NCBI RefSeq assembly: GCF_009914755.1
Contig: NC_060935.1
Source of the DNA: the human T2T-CHM13v2.0 reference genome, Homo sapiens
Length of the DNA: 64,000 nt
Strand: one strand, 5' to 3'
Shown here piece after piece: positions 29,186-45,339 of the stretch. How positions within the stretch are numbered: position 1 is the stretch's first letter; the number at the start of each line of letters is the position of its first letter. The notes under the pieces are model-generated. The model was not told the DNA's origin. It did not search any database and worked only from the letters and a program-made list of their open reading frames with translations. The position numbers were made by a program, and so were the translations under genes.

Positions 29186-29700
29186 AGAACAAAATTTCTT
29201 TGTAGACCGTGTATCTTGACTTATCCTGTAACTGCAGGATAAGAGCATAAAAATGTAGGACATTAGAACTGCGTTAAGTCACTCTTTTGTTGCCAAGGAG
29301 GCCTCGTCCAGCTTCTCTGGCTTTCTGTGGCCATCTCTGCTCTTCTTCTAGTCCAATGCAGTTACATCTGGCTTATGGGAATAAGGAAGATTTTCAGGCT
29401 TAGCCCTTTTTGGCTATGTGACTATACTTTATTTTTTGATAATGTGTATTATCTTAGCTTTTATGATTTCATATTGCTTAAGAATGCAGAGCAGTTAAAT
29501 CTTTAGCCCTGAAGAGTATGTTTGGCAAGAGCCAAGTAAAAGTAGATTTACTTAGAAATCAAGAGGGCTCTATAGCTGATAAGAAAAACAGTCTCAAAAC
29601 TGCCATGTGATCTGTTTGTTCTAATAAACTACAGAGTAAAATATGTTTTTAAGTTTAGAGTTGCCTAAAACTACTGTGTTTGCATAATTTATATTTTTAG

Positions 29701-29847
29701 CTGAGAGAAGAAAAGTTACAAGAGGAAAAACCCTCTGAAGATCAAATCCACAAGCTGTTACCAGAGGATACAGAAACAGGGAAAAGGAAAATGGATGAAC
29801 AGAAAAAAAGAGATGAACCATTAGTACTGAAAACAAATCTGGAACGT
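29701..29847 (+). CDS. RNF169: RNF169 internal coding exon (exon 3), 147 nt: LREEKLQEEKPSEDQIHKLLPEDTETGKRKMDEQKKRDEPLVLKTNLER
   Basis: ttttag acceptor ending 29700, CGT|gtaagt donor at 29848, open frame, symmetric phase 0-0. Confidence 0.95.
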
Positions 29848-30606
29848 GTAAGTAAATCACCTTTTTAATGGATACCTGCCTCAAAAATCAGTGGTTAGCC
29901 CAGGTGACCTGGACCTGAAAGACCTATGTTGGTAAATTGTGAGACCAGTAACAGTCAGTGACTGTGCAGCTTAAGAGTAGTGAAGAACTTACGTCCAGGC
30001 CAGAGCTTGAGAAAATAATTTTTGAATGGGATATTAAGACTTGTGGGAAGATTAAGGAACAGTGGGAAAAGCAGGTGAGTGAGAGGAAAAACCTAGTATA
30101 GTTTACTACTTGTGATTAGATTTATATGTATGTTGTTATTTGGACTTATGTGTTATTTGACATTTAAGATTTGTACATTGTCTTCTGTCCTCAACTAGAT
30201 TTTCTTAAAGCATGTATTTTACTTTCCTTTATTTGTTGTAATACCCTAAGCAGCACAGTGTAGATATAAGGTAGGTTTAGATACTTAGTCTATATTCAAT
30301 TAGACTTCTAATTGGGCCAAATCCTGCCTGAGTTTGTTTCATTACTTATTTGCCAAGTAAATTACTAGAAAAGGTTGCAAGTTGTGTATTTAACTTACAT
30401 AAGGAAGCACTTTTGGAGGATCCACTAATTATACCCAAATGGATAATCACAATTGAGTTTTATTTCTTTAGTAAGTCATATTGGATTGGACATATATTGC
30501 TTATGTATGTACTTAGCACATCTTTAGACTCCTATCTTTTAAAATATTTTGTGATTCAGGCTTGTTAAAATTTCAGGTTGTCTTTCTGGTCAGCTGGAAT
30601 CGATAA

Positions 30607-31079
<473 letters not shown>

Positions 31080-31803
31080 TGAACTTAAAAAGGAAATTCT
31101 TTAAGCTTTCTTGGGACAGTAGTGTTTGCTGAGTGCCACATACATGTGCAGCTTCTGATTCTAGTTATAATAATAATTATTATTTAATTATTAAAAACAA
31201 CCACTTAGATTTTACAGGGTTTCAACCTTCCAAAAGATTCAGTTTACAGGCATGAAGTGTGTGTGTACTCTTAATGCTCTGAACATTAGAAACCACAGAG
31301 GGCAAAAAAGACTGCTACTAGAGAGGCTACAGTTTAGCTAGACAAAAATAAGCTCTATGATGGTCTCGTGTATGTAGTATGTTGTATGACTAGTAGCTCC
31401 AGCTGTGGTCTGTAGTCTCTGAAGACCGCGGCTCTCCCTCTTCACCCTGACAGTTCTACCCTATTAGGGTCCTCAGGCAGAACAACCCAGAAGGATAAAC
31501 TAGCCTTGATAGAGAGAGCTGACCCTTAACTATGGTCCTTTGATAGAAATAACCTGTTGTTCCTAGGTCATACCAAGACTAGGAAATTGCTCTAATTATT
31601 TTTGCATTTGCCACTACCATTTTTGAAATAGAAATCAAGTGCAGCCACCTAATTTTAATCTTAAAAGGAATCAGAAAGTACAAATTCTGATTTGTTCTTG
31701 ATAACAGCCAGTTTTACAAATGCATTGAATAAAATCTGACCTATGAATGTGTCAAGTTTTAGATTTTTGTGATTTTTGCCTTTTTTTCTGTTTTCTTATA
31801 TAG

Positions 31804-32124
31804 TTTTTTTTTGTTTGTTTATTTATTTAGAGACAGGGACTTGCTCTGTTGCCAAAGCTGGAGTGCAGTTGCACAGTCATGGTTCACTATAGTTTCGACC
31901 ACCCAGGGTCAAGCAATTCTCTCTCCTCAGCCTCCCAAGTAGGTGGGACCACAGCTGTGTACCACCATGGCTGGTCAATTTTTATTTTACTTTTTTTATT
32001 TTGTAGAGATGAGGGTGTCCCTATGTTGCCCAGGCTGGTCTCAAACTCCTGGGCTCAAGGGATCCTCCCACCTTAGCTTTCCAAAGTGTGGGATTACAGG
32101 CATGATCATGCCAGTGTGCCTGGG
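31804..32124 (-). mobile_element. AluJ
   Basis: Full degenerate dimer. Confidence 0.88.
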
Positions 32125-32299
32125 CTGCTTTTATATTTTGGAGGACTTTTAAATGGCTCTAATTTAAGAGTTTTCAGTGTTGAGCAAATAATTCCATTTA
32201 GTTTGGCCAGACTACATTCAAATTGAGACCCAAAAGAATCTTAAGAAAGCTGACCAAAGGATTATTTTTTATATAGAAACTATTGTGATTAGAGCGAGA

Positions 32300-32830
32300 C
32301 TGATCATTTCACTCTCCTGTCCCCCAAATTTTAATGACTCCTCTTTTCTTGTGAAATTAAATGAAGACTCTTCACCCCAACATTTAGGCCCTCAGTGTGA
32401 TTCTAGCTTATGTTTTCATCCTTGCTTATACCCCAAAACTCTAAGGAGTATATATTTGCTTTCCCCCAAATACATACACTGTGCTTTCCCTTTTCAAGGT
32501 CTTTGCTCTTGCAATTTTCATCTCATTGAAATGCCATCCAGCTTACCTGTTGGAAGGTTATTTATCTCTCCATGTCCAGTTCAAAAGCTATCACATTCAT
32601 GAAGCCTATAGGAGTTCCTCTTCTGTTTCTCCACTTCTATCAGCCACTCCCCCAAACCCCCACTTTGTAACTTTTACAAGAGTTCTGTCATTTTCCTTTA
32701 CATCATGGTTTTTTGTGTTTGTGTTTCTCTACTAGATTGTAAGTTTGTTGAGTATAGGAAATGTCTTATCCATTTAAATCTCCTGTAGTACCCTGCACAT
32801 TGGAAGTGTCTGATACATGTTTATGAAATT
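32300..32830. mobile_element. L2 3' fragment
   Basis: ctactagattgtaagtttgttgag...aggaaatgtcttatc, a typical L2 3' end. Confidence 0.6.
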
Positions 32831-33210
32831 AAATTTGAATGGAAGGAGGAAGGAGCTTACTCTAGAAGCAGATTATCATCTGTTATTTTTTTAGAATAGA
32901 AATAAAGTGAGCACAGTGTTTAATTTATTACAATTTGTTATGGTACATTTAATCCAATAATAATGCGAATTATTAGAAAACAATTGGATACAGCAGTTAT
33001 GGTTATACTAAAGACTAGAAAACAAAAAGGGAAAAATTACTTGTCATCCCACAACCTAGAAATGAGCCCTATAAACGTTTTGATACATATCCTTATAGAT
33101 ATGTACCATATGAACATATAGAACATATAGATACATTCATTTCTAAGAACATATAAATACACACCATATATTGTTTTTCTTTTCAGAAAATGTAACCTAG
33201 TATACATACT

Positions 33211-33506
33211 GTTTTTCTTTTTTGAGACGGAGTCTCGCTCTGTCGCCAGGCTGGAGTGGTACAGTGGCGTGATCTCGGCTTACTACCACCTCTGCCTCCC
33301 AGGTTCAATCAATTCTCCTGCCTCAGCCTCCTGTGTAGCTGGGACTACAGGCACGTGCCACCACGCCCAGTTAATCTTTTGTATTTTTAGTAGAGATGGC
33401 GTTTCACCATGTTAGCCAGGATGGTCTCGATCTCTTGAACTCGTGATCCGCCCGCCTCAGCCTCCCAAAGTGCTGGGATTACAGGCATGAGCCACTGCGC
33501 CCGGCC
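33211..33506 (-). mobile_element. AluS (Sc-like)
   Basis: Full dimer, relatively CpG-retaining. Confidence 0.92.
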
Positions 33507-33542
33507 TAGATGCTGTTTTATAACCTGTTTTAGTTCATCTTA

Positions 33543-34284
<742 letters not shown>

Positions 34285-34790
34285 TAAGTAATCTTTTATT
34301 GATATTTTGCTATCTTAAACACCACTGTGATGGAATCCATTTGTCTCATTTTTTTCTTATTAGTTCCTTAGAATAAATTACTAGAAGTAGAGTGACCAGG
34401 TCAAAAAGAGTGTTCTTTTTAACATTTTTGGTGTTTATTACAGTTGCCCTCCAGAAGGTTTATATTTATTATAGGTTTATTATGCTCCCACCAGTAGTAT
34501 GTGAGGAGTACTAAACTAATTTCCTCACATCTTGCCAACTTTGAGTATTATCTTTCTTTTCCTTTTTTTTAGGTACAACATTGTTTTAGATGTCACTGCA
34601 AGGATTTAATTTATGCATGCTTTGTACCATTTTAGGAATCCATAGTACCTTGGGGCTTATTTTTATCAAAGATGAAAGATGAGGGGTAAATATTGGGAAT
34701 AGAAATGTAGAGGGGTGGGAGAGCTTTTGTCTGAACAATTAGTTATATATTTGTAATGTAGTTTATTTTGCAATAATTGAAAGGAACTTG

Positions 34791-35122
<332 letters not shown>

Positions 35123-35779
35123 TTAAAAGATTAATAGTTTTGAAGTTAATACAAATAAAATCTATCTTTTTGAGCACTTATTACTTGTTAGTTAATGTAC
35201 GCTAGGTATTTTTAATGGCCTGTCACAATCTATATAGTAGAGTAGTCTTTATTTTACAGATGAGGAAACTGAGGCTCAGGAAGATAAAGCAACAACTAAC
35301 CCACAGTGACAGTGATAGCTGACAGAGCTAGGATTTGAACACTTTTTACTTGGTACTGATTTAATTATGAAGAGAGGTTTATATAGACAGAAATTGCCAT
35401 TATTCCCTATTGAGTCTATTGGTATCAAAGCTTATCTTTTTTCTAGAGTTGAGAAGAGAATATTATATAAAATTTGATAATGGGTTGGTGCTATTAAAGT
35501 TTCTTCATTGAATATTTTGTACAACAGAGTTCTCTGAGGAATGATACCCTACAAAATTGAAAGGCCTCTCTGTAAATTGTAATTCTTCAAATCTCTCTCA
35601 AAGGCCAGCTGTTAGGAAATATAGTCTATTGTGTCGCTGTGCCTGTCAGCCTAGAGAAAAACAAAGCATTTCAGGAATGCAGGGTACTCGGAGCCATATG
35701 ATGCCTTGCGTGCCTACATCTACAACTCTTACTTTGATAATCATTTGATCATTAGATAATTGGTTAATCATCAGCTGAG

Positions 35780-37070
35780 CAGACAGTTCTTATTTATCTA
35801 CTATGTAACAGTATTGGAAATTTTTTAAAAAGATGGTCACTTGCTCTCACAGGGCTCATTGCATAAAGCAGAACAGATCCCTAAATAAGAAGCTACAGTT
35901 CAGTGTGATTAGTTGCTATCCATTAAAAGAAAAAGACTCTCATGTTTAATAATGAGGCAAAACTTCATTACATTATATGTTAAAGACATACCTCTAAGAT
36001 GTTTCTAATGTAATTGGAAAGACTCTAAAAAGGGACTCCAAAGTAAAACAACGATAAATGAATGGATATAAACAAGATGGAAAAACTAACTCTAGGATAA
36101 TTTGGAAGCCTTTGCAGAAAAAGTGATATTTTAGATGACTCTGAAAGGCCAATTAGTATTTTATAGGCAGAGAGCAGAGACGGAATTTTAGGCAAAGGGT
36201 GTAGCATATCCAAATGGGTAGATAGAGGTTTTGAAAGACTGTGGTACGTGTGGAGAGTAAAAAGTAGTTTGGTTGTACTAGAGCTCAGGGAGTTCCATGT
36301 GTGGGAACTGGTAGGGGAAAAGCTGTGAAACAAGGTTAAGTCTAGTTTGTGAAGGTTGTAGTATCAGGCTGAGGCATTTAGACCTTACCCTGAAGTCACC
36401 AGCCGTTAAGCAGGGGAGTGATTGCTGGAAAGATAATTCTTGATGGTGTGGAGGGTATTATTAGAGAGAAGAAAGCCTGAAGAGAATGAGACCAGTAAGT
36501 AGATTGTTGCAGTAGTCCAGGCAAAAGATGATAAGAATCTAAGGTAAGGCAATGACCATGAATATAAATGGGAAGAGTTAGATCTGAGAGACTTTCTAGA
36601 AGTAGAATAGAATAGAGTGGAAATAGCATGGAGACAATTTGGAGACTAATGCTCTTAATTTAAGAACTAGTTTTATCCATGTATTAACCCTGTAATTCTA
36701 GGAAAATTAACTACTCTGAGCCTCAGTTTGCTATCTGTAAAAGACAGATAATCATCCTGCTTTTAATGGGAGTGACATAAACAGTAAATGAAATAAAATA
36801 TTTAGAAGTGTTGGAGTACCTAAAGCCACTATCCAAATGTTACTATGAATTAGAAGTAAGGGACAGAAATAGATGGCATTTAGTTTTCTAGATGGGTTGG
36901 TGATGGGGCTTACAGAAGAGAAATATAGTGAGTTTGATTTTGGATATATTGAATTTGAACCACATTTGAGATTGGTATCTCCAGGAGGCAGTTGGAAACA
37001 TAGGTTGGAGCTCACAGAGAAGCGACATAGAGAAAGAGATTTGAACCTATAGCTAGAGTAGATGCCTTGG
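35780..37070. mobile_element. Fragmented L2 with an inserted MIR (about 36650-36830)
   Basis: gagaccagtaagtagattgttgcagtagtccaggcaa; gagtttgattttggatat; MIR core ctctgagcctcagtttgctatctgtaaaa. Confidence 0.65.
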
Positions 37071-37113
37071 GAACTCCAAATGGACAGTGTTGTCTCCCTT
37101 GTCTCCCTGCCAG

Positions 37114-37232
37114 TGTCCTGCACGTCTCTCAGATTCAGAGAATGAAGAACCTTCTCGAGGCCAGATGACACAGACACATCGCTCGGCATTTGTTTCCAAG
37201 AACAACTCCTACTCCTTAGCTTTCCTGGCAGG
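37114..37232 (+). CDS. RNF169: RNF169 internal coding exon (exon 4), 119 nt: CPARLSDSENEEPSRGQMTQTHRSAFVSKNNSYSLAFLA(G)
   Basis: tgtctccctgccag acceptor, AGG|gtaaga donor at 37233. Phase 0 in, phase 2 out, matching the next exon. Confidence 0.95.
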
Positions 37233-37919
37233 GTAAGAGACTGATGCTGAATTCAGTCAGGGGTCTTTGGTTTTGGGGTATGAGATAAAAGGGACTGGGG
37301 GAGCAAAGGTATTTGTTGTGGCTACTTTGGTGGGGAGGTGGAAGGGGAGAAAAGAGGTGGGAATTGGTTTTCAAATATGGACTAGGGAAAAAGGGCTGAC
37401 CTGAATTTTTCAGGAAAAGTAACACCCCTTTTCTGATATCCTCAGGATAGGATTGTGCTAATTGCTGTGCTGCAAAGTGTGACCCTTTTATCTTGGGAGG
37501 AAACAACAAAGTCTTCTTCAGTCTGACAATATGCACAGACTCTCCCTCTGGACTTAGTAGGAAGTGAGGGCAGAACTGATTTTCTTTTCAATGCCTAGAC
37601 CTAAAATATATCTTTATAGGTTTCAAGAGAGCAAACTGAAAAGTTTTTAAGACCTTTGTCAAGGAATCTCTTGATCCTTTAGACTTTGTAGGCCCTGGGA
37701 AGGAAAGGAAGAGGGAATTGGATAGATGATGGGTGCTAGAAGGATAATGAAGGGCTAGGTGGAGGAAAGGAAAGATGAATAGATAGGAGGAAGGAAGGGA
37801 AGCAAAGAAGAAATGGAGGAAAGAAGGAGGACTCATGCATACATTCATTCAACAGACATTTTGTGAACAGCTGCTACATGCCGTGCTCTGTTTTAATATA
37901 CAGATGTAAAGATACAATC

Positions 37920-38212
37920 TTTTTTTTTTAGACAGTGTCTCACTCTGTTGTCCAGGCTGGAGTATAATTGGGCAATCATGGTTCACTGTAGCCTCAATCT
38001 CCTGAGCTCAGATGATCCTCCCATCTCAGCCCTGAATAGCTGAGACCATAGCTGTGTGCCACCATGTCTGGCTAATTTTTAAAACGTTTTTTGTAGAGAC
38101 GAGGTCTCCTTGTGTTGCCCAGGCTGGTCTTGAACTCCTGGGCTCAAGCAGTCCTCATGCTTCAGCCTCCCAAAATGCTGGAATTATAGGTGTGAGCCAC
38201 TGTGTCTGGCCA
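37920..38212 (-). mobile_element. AluJ
   Basis: Full degenerate dimer. Confidence 0.88.
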
Positions 38213-40894
38213 AAGAAACAATCTTCACCCCAGTTCATTTCCTGTTTTGTTTAAAGCTGGTATTGCTCACCCTTATCTCTAGGGTTCAACTCTTCCTTTC
38301 CACCAGTATTATTTAGTAGATCTCTCTCTCTTGCTGCTCCTGTGAATACACACCCAGACCCTTTCATTTTGGGGCTTTTTTGTTTGTTTGTTGTTTTTGT
38401 TTTGAGACAGGAGCTCTCTCTGTTGCCTAATTATTTAAAAAATAATTTCTGCTCTACCCTTCTTACATGGATTACTTAATGTCTTTATTTGTCATTATGT
38501 ATTTTTACTGTAAATCACTTCAGATTCTTCTTGTAAATAGAGTGTAACCATACAAAGAAACATAATCAAACCAGTCTTCTTTCCAGTTTTTTTTTTTTTT
38601 AAAGTGATGTAGTAATGCCGGTAATGCCATTTCATACAAAATGGAATCTTAAGTAAATGGTTCCTAGCAAGATTCTGGCACATGCTAAGTCTTCAGTGAA
38701 TATTGCTGCTGCTGCTGCTGCAATTTTTATCTTCTCTTGGAACATGGACTCTTGTAGCTGAAAAGGACCTTAAATATCATCTTATTCAGTCCATTTGTTT
38801 TATAAATGGAAGACTAAAGCCCAGAGAGAGAACATGGCTTGCCAAATCTTAGACTGCTAAAACAGGAGGAAACTGAGTTAGAACTGAGGCTTCTTGGCTC
38901 TGAGTTTACTGCTCTTTCTACTGTACTCCATACCTTCTTATAGATCCTCATGCTGCCTCTGTTCACCTTCTCCTCTAGACTTTAAACTCATCAAAGGCAG
39001 GGATAGCATCTTGTTCATCATTATAATACTTAGTACAGTGTCTGGCACTTAGTAAGGGCTCAGTAAATATTTGTGGAATGTTTGAATAAGACAGGCCTTG
39101 TGCCTGTTGGTAGGTTAAACTGGGGCTTTGTCAGAACTGACTGTCAAACATGCAGCAGAGGGCCTCTAGGAGGGAGGGCTCTAGGAGCTTAGATTGGCTG
39201 ATGGCTGTTTTTTAGATTAGATTCCATAGGATTAATATGGGATTTAGGGGGAAGTCTAGTGACCACATTGATAAAATTTTTATGTTATGAAGTTGCTTTT
39301 TAGCCTTCGAATGCTTTAGCAATAGTTTATATTGATACTTTTTATAGATGCTATAAAAGAAAGATCTGTGTTCTACTTAGTAGAAATTAACCGTAGCTAC
39401 ATTGTTTTGTTTTCTAACGTGCAGATACTTTTAAGCCTGAGTCTCTGGTGGATCAGAGTGTGGCACATCAGGGGACTTAAAGTGGCTGTGCGTTCTATAC
39501 AGTGTATGTATAAGGACAGATATAGACAGAGACTTACTGACAGAGTCAGAGATACTAAACACATGTCCAGCCAGTGTTAGAGTGAATTGAAATCTGAAGA
39601 CCCTCTGGGAAATAGGTACCCTTCCTTAAAATTCACAGATGAAATACAGAAGCATTCAGGTAACAGAAACCAAGCAGATGCATAAGTGATGTGATATTGG
39701 AATACTAGCTTCAGGATTGAGGAAAAGAAGCAGATGCAGAGAACTAAGGGGTGGAGTTTTAGGGAAGAAGTAGCATTGTGACCTTGAGTAAAATCAGTTG
39801 GCTCTCCTTCAGTCTCATCTAGGTAAAATTGCAGAGTTATGCCTTACCTACAAGCTAGGGCAGGGGGGTTTACTCTATGATTTCTTAAGATTCTTCCTCT
39901 AAAATGGAAATATCTAGAGGTGGCTTAAACCAGAGTTTTGAAGGATGGAGGAAATGAGGCCAGGGCATGAAAAGAAAGGGGGTGGGGGCCGTTAGGAGGT
40001 TGTAACAATAAAGATCAGACTTAAGTTGTGTGTGGGGAATAGTCAAACAGTGGCTTGAGGGAGAGGAGATTATGAGAAGATGATGAAGCAGTGAGTTGAA
40101 ACAGCAAGGCTTGATGATGGCCTGGGGTGTGTGTGTGTTTGGGGAGGGATTCAGGAATTGGAACAAGTCAAGTGTTTACCAGCCTGCTTATTAAGAGGAC
40201 AAATCTTATTAAAAGTAATGGAATATGGCTGGAAAAGGAAGATAGCTTAAGGAGAAGCAATGTGGAGCTTAAGGAGAATGGTGGTAGAAGCGTCAGTAAT
40301 ATCTCTGCCATTTTAGAACAGAAATATTCTCATAGTCTTCAGAAAGGCCTGGAAGTTTGGTGAGGGGTAGTGTCAGGAGCTAGCCTTTTCCCAGTGCTTC
40401 CTTGGGCTCTCTGCCATGTTGAGTTCTTAGCATACCTCATGTGATTTAATTCTCATATTCATCCTGCAAAATGTGTGACATCACTGTTTTACAGCAAAGG
40501 AAGCTGCAATTCAAAGAGGTTAAGTGACTCACCCAAGAACCTCTCAACTCATTAGAGTACAGAGATGGAATTGGAACCCAGTTCTCTTTTTACTCCAAAT
40601 CTGTGTTCTTTCTGTTGTTATCAGAACTCTGTGACAAAAGGCCCTGCACTTAAATATGTGTTTTGAAATTATCTATCTTTGCAACAGAAGGCTGCTCTCC
40701 TTCCATTTTTTAAAAAAATAATTTATACCCTCCATTGTTCCAAAAAGATACATGGTTGCTACAGAGAAAAGTGAGAATCTGTCCAGTTATTTCTCATTTA
40801 AGAGAACTCAAATCCTTCTGCATTATGTTAGGCCTTTTGGAATAGAGCTATGGAAACAAGTGTTCCTAGCCATCAGTAAAAGAATACAAGTGCG

Positions 40895-41295
<401 letters not shown>

Positions 41296-41525
41296 CTAAA
41301 GGGTATAGGGTTCCTTTTTGAGGTGACAGAAATGTTCTAAAATTAATTGTGGTGATGGTTAAATAACTGAATATACTAAAAACCATTACATCGTACACCT
41401 AAAAAAATAAAAAGAATACTAGTATAGACAAGGCAGATAACCCAGAGTGTAACAAAATATTACCAACTTCTGGGTGGATAGCAGCTGCACCAAGGTCTAA
41501 AGAAGCTTCTGGGTTTCACTCCAGG

Positions 41526-41575
41526 GTGTGTGTGTGTGAGTGAGTGAGAGAGAGAGAGAGGTGTGTGTGTGTGTG
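41526..41575. repeat. Compound (TG)n/(GA)n microsatellite
   Basis: Directly visible. Confidence 0.9.
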
Positions 41576-42089
41576 ACAGGATGGAGAGGGTGGGAAGGGT
41601 CTTTCAGGCCAGAGACTGGCAGGAGGGTCCTCTCCAACCTTAATTTCTTGGTGGGACTCAGCTCTGTCAGACCTGAAGGTACCCTTAAGAAACAAGTATG
41701 GCGTAGGTATGTAAGAGACAGAGAGAGTAATGAGCAAGCAATTGAGCGCATAAGCTGTCTAACGTTTTATATCTTGTATGGCCATTTGACACCCTTTAAG
41801 CAGTGTTTTGTAAGCATTAAATCTTCTAGCTTTCCAGCTGCATGTTTATACTGGCTAACCCTGCTTTCCTTTGTTTGTAAATCAAACTCATTGTGGGTGC
41901 GGGTATTTTTAGCCTAACTAGACGTCCCAGAAACCATCTGGTCTCTTGGCAGTGGAAATTTTAAGCAAGTTGCTTTTCAGACAGTGCTGCTTTCTCTTGT
42001 TTATGCCTTCATTATGTGTTCAGATAGACAGAGCTTTCCTAGATGTTTTGAGTCTGTTCTATGGCAGAGTAGAGTAAGTTAGATCAGTA

Positions 42090-42315
42090 TGCTGTGGTGC
42101 AAAGAGCACAGGCCTTAGAACTATACTGTAGGTTTAAATAATTCACTTCAGCTGTGTGAACTTGGAAAGATCACTTCTCTCATTTCTCTGTCTATGAATT
42201 GGGGATGATGACACCTGTGTCATAGAGTCTCTGTGTGGATTAAATGAGATACAATATATTTCAAACACTTAGCACAGTGCCTGACAGATAATGGGTTTCT
42301 AATAAATGTTGATGT
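42090..42315 (+). mobile_element. MIR SINE
   Basis: gctgtgtgaacttggaaag...ggattaaatgagat...cttagcacagtgcctgaca. Confidence 0.75.
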
Positions 42316-42969
42316 TTTCTTTCTTTTCCTTAAGGGATAGAAAGAGGTTATTTCTGCACACATTTTTATGTATTTATAAGAAATTTCTTTAATATATCCA
42401 CTGTATGCCAGGCACTGTGTTAGGGTTTAGGAATACAGAAAAGGACTCCGTACAAAAGAGGAAGGAATACTTACCGCCTCCATTTTTTTTTAGTGAGATT
42501 ATTGTTTGGGCACTTTAAATCCTAAGAACATTGTCAGGTTTATTGCTCTTGACTATTCTGCTCCAGCATTTTGAAGACTCCTTCCCTGACCAAATGCTAC
42601 AATAACAACAATAATATTATCTGGGTATTATGTTTATGTTTTATATAATATTTTTACATTCATGATTTTAGTGACTGTTAGTGTCCACATTTATACTGCA
42701 TGTTGCTAGAAGTACTGCTTGATCTTTTCAGTAGTGCCATGGTAATAAAACACCTTTCTTGCTTTATAATTTAAATATATCTCACTATTTCTTAAAAGAT
42801 ACTTTGCCTGGTGACATGAGCAAAATTGGCAGAGCAGGGAACTCCAAAAGCCTTCCATAAAAGCAATAATAATTGGCAAAAACAGCCAACATCAACTTTA
42901 TTGGAACTCTGGAAACTAATCAAAAGTTTACAGCAAATAAGCAGTGTCTCAATCTAGAAAAAATGCACG

Positions 42970-43273
42970 TGGCTGAGTTTGGTGACTCATGCCTGTAATC
43001 CTAGCACTTTGGGAGGCTGAGGTGGGAGGATTGCTTGAGCTCTGGAGTTTGAGACTAGTGTGGGCAACATAGCGAGACCTTGTCTCTACTAAAAATTTTA
43101 AAAATCAGCCGAGCATAGTGATACATGCCTTTGGTTCCAGCTACTCAGGAGGCTGTGGTGGGAGGATCTCTTGAGCCCAGGAGATAGAGGCTTCAGTTAG
43201 CCATGATCACTTCATTGCACTCCAGCCTAGGCGATAGAGTGAGACCCTGTCTCAGAAAAAAAAAAAAAAAAAA
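42970..43273 (+). mobile_element. AluJ
   Basis: Full dimer with A-tail. Confidence 0.9.
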
Positions 43274-44119
43274 AGAGGAAAAGAACACTGGAATCTTGGC
43301 ATCTAAGGAACTCTGTCAGATCACTAACTGACCACTAAGCTAACAGAACAGAGAATTCATTGGCCACATATGACAAAAAATAGACTTTATAAAATCAGTT
43401 CAAAAAAGTCACTGAACAAATAACAGCTATAACAGACAGCAACAACAAACCCAGGGGTGGGGAGAGAATCTGATTTTCATAGTTGCCACCTTATAATATT
43501 CAAAATGCAAAAAATATGAGGCATAAGAAACAAGAAACAATGACCCATACACAGGAAAAAAGAAACTGATAGAAACTGTCCCAAAGGAAGCCAAGACATT
43601 TGACATTTTTAATGGGGACTTTAAATCATATCCTCAAGAGCTAAAGGAACTATGGGCAAAGAACTAAAGGAAACCATGAAAAACAGTGTCCTAAGTAGAC
43701 AGTATCAGTAAAGAGATAAAATTATAAAAAAGGAATCAAATAGAAATTCTGGAGCTGAAAAGTACAGTGACAGAACAGATTTGAACAGGCAGAATAATTA
43801 GCTAATTTGAATATAGGTCAATTGAGATTATCCAATCTGAGAAACAGAAAAAAGAATAAAGAAAAATAAACAGAGCCTAAGAAATCTGTGAAACACCATT
43901 AAGTGTACCAATATACACAAAATGGTAGTCCCAGAATGAGAGAGAAAGGGGCAGAAAGAATATTTGAAGTAATAATGAGCAAACACTAATCAAATTTAAT
44001 GAAAGACATAAGTCTACACATCCAAGAAGTTCTGTGACTCCAAAGTAGGATAAAGACATCTACACCAAGACATGTTATAATCAAACTGTTGAAAGCCAAA
44101 CAGAATACTGGAAATAGCA

Positions 44120-44345
44120 AAGATCACAAATCACTATACCAGATATAATAATCATGAAAAAGTTTGAAATATTGTGAGAATTACCAAAACGTGACACAAG
44201 AGACAGGAAGTGAGCACATGCTGTTGGAAAAATGATGCTGATAGACTTGCTTGATACAGGGTTGCCATGAATCTTTAGTTTGTAAAAAAAATGCAATATC
44301 AGCAATGTGCAATAAAGCACAGGACAAAAAAGAAAGGGTTGCCTG
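44120..44345 (-). mobile_element. Tigger1 terminal fragment
   Basis: The - strand starts TA|CAGGCAACC... with gctttattgc, ggcaaccctg and ttttccaacagcatgtgctcactt. Confidence 0.8.
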
Positions 44346-45339
44346 TATAAGACCTAGAAAATAGCAGAAGTCCTTCTTTATCAGCAATTACATTAAATGT
44401 AAATTGATTAAACTCTGCAATTAAGAGGAGGAGATTGGGAGAATGGATTTAAAAAAGAAATGATTGAGATATATGCTGAGACACACCTTAGATCCAAAGA
44501 CAGAAATAGGTTGATAGTGAAAGGATGGAAAGATATTTCATGCAAACAGTAAACAAGAGAGCTGGAGTAACTATACTAATATCAGACAATATAGACTTCA
44601 GGTTAAAAATTGTTACAAAAGACAAAGAAATACATTATATAATGATAAAAGGATCAACTCAACAAGAAGAATTCTTCTCAAGTGCACATGGAACATTCTC
44701 CAATATAGACTGTATGTTAGACCATAAAACAAGTCTCAATATATTTTAAAAGGTTGAAATAATAACTGTATTTTTGACCACAATGGAATGAAACTAGAAA
44801 TTGATAGGAAGAAAACTGGAAAATTAACAAATATGTGGAAATGAAACAACACGTTCTTTAAAACCAGTGAGCCAAAGAAGAAGTCACAAGAGAAATTAGA
44901 AAATACTTTGAGAGGAATGAAAATAAAAACCTTCCTGGATATATACACCCTCTTAAGACTGAACCAGGAAGAAATTGAATCCCTCAATAGACCAATAATG
45001 AGTTCTGAAATTGAGGCAGTAAGGAGTAGCCTACCAACCAAAAAAGCCCAGGACAAGACATTCACAGCTGAATTCTACCACAGGGACGATGATGAGTTGG
45101 TGCCATTTCTACAGAAACTATTCCAAAAAATTAAAAAGGAGGGACTCCTCCCTAACTCATTCTATAAGGCCTGCATCATCCTGATACCAAAACCTGGAAG
45201 AGATACAACAAAAAAAGAAAACTTCAGGCCAATATCCTTGATAAACATCAATGCAAAAGTCCTCAATAAAATACTGGCAAACCAAATCCAGCAGCACATC
45301 AAAAAGCTTATCTGTCATGACCAAGTAGGCTCCATCCCA

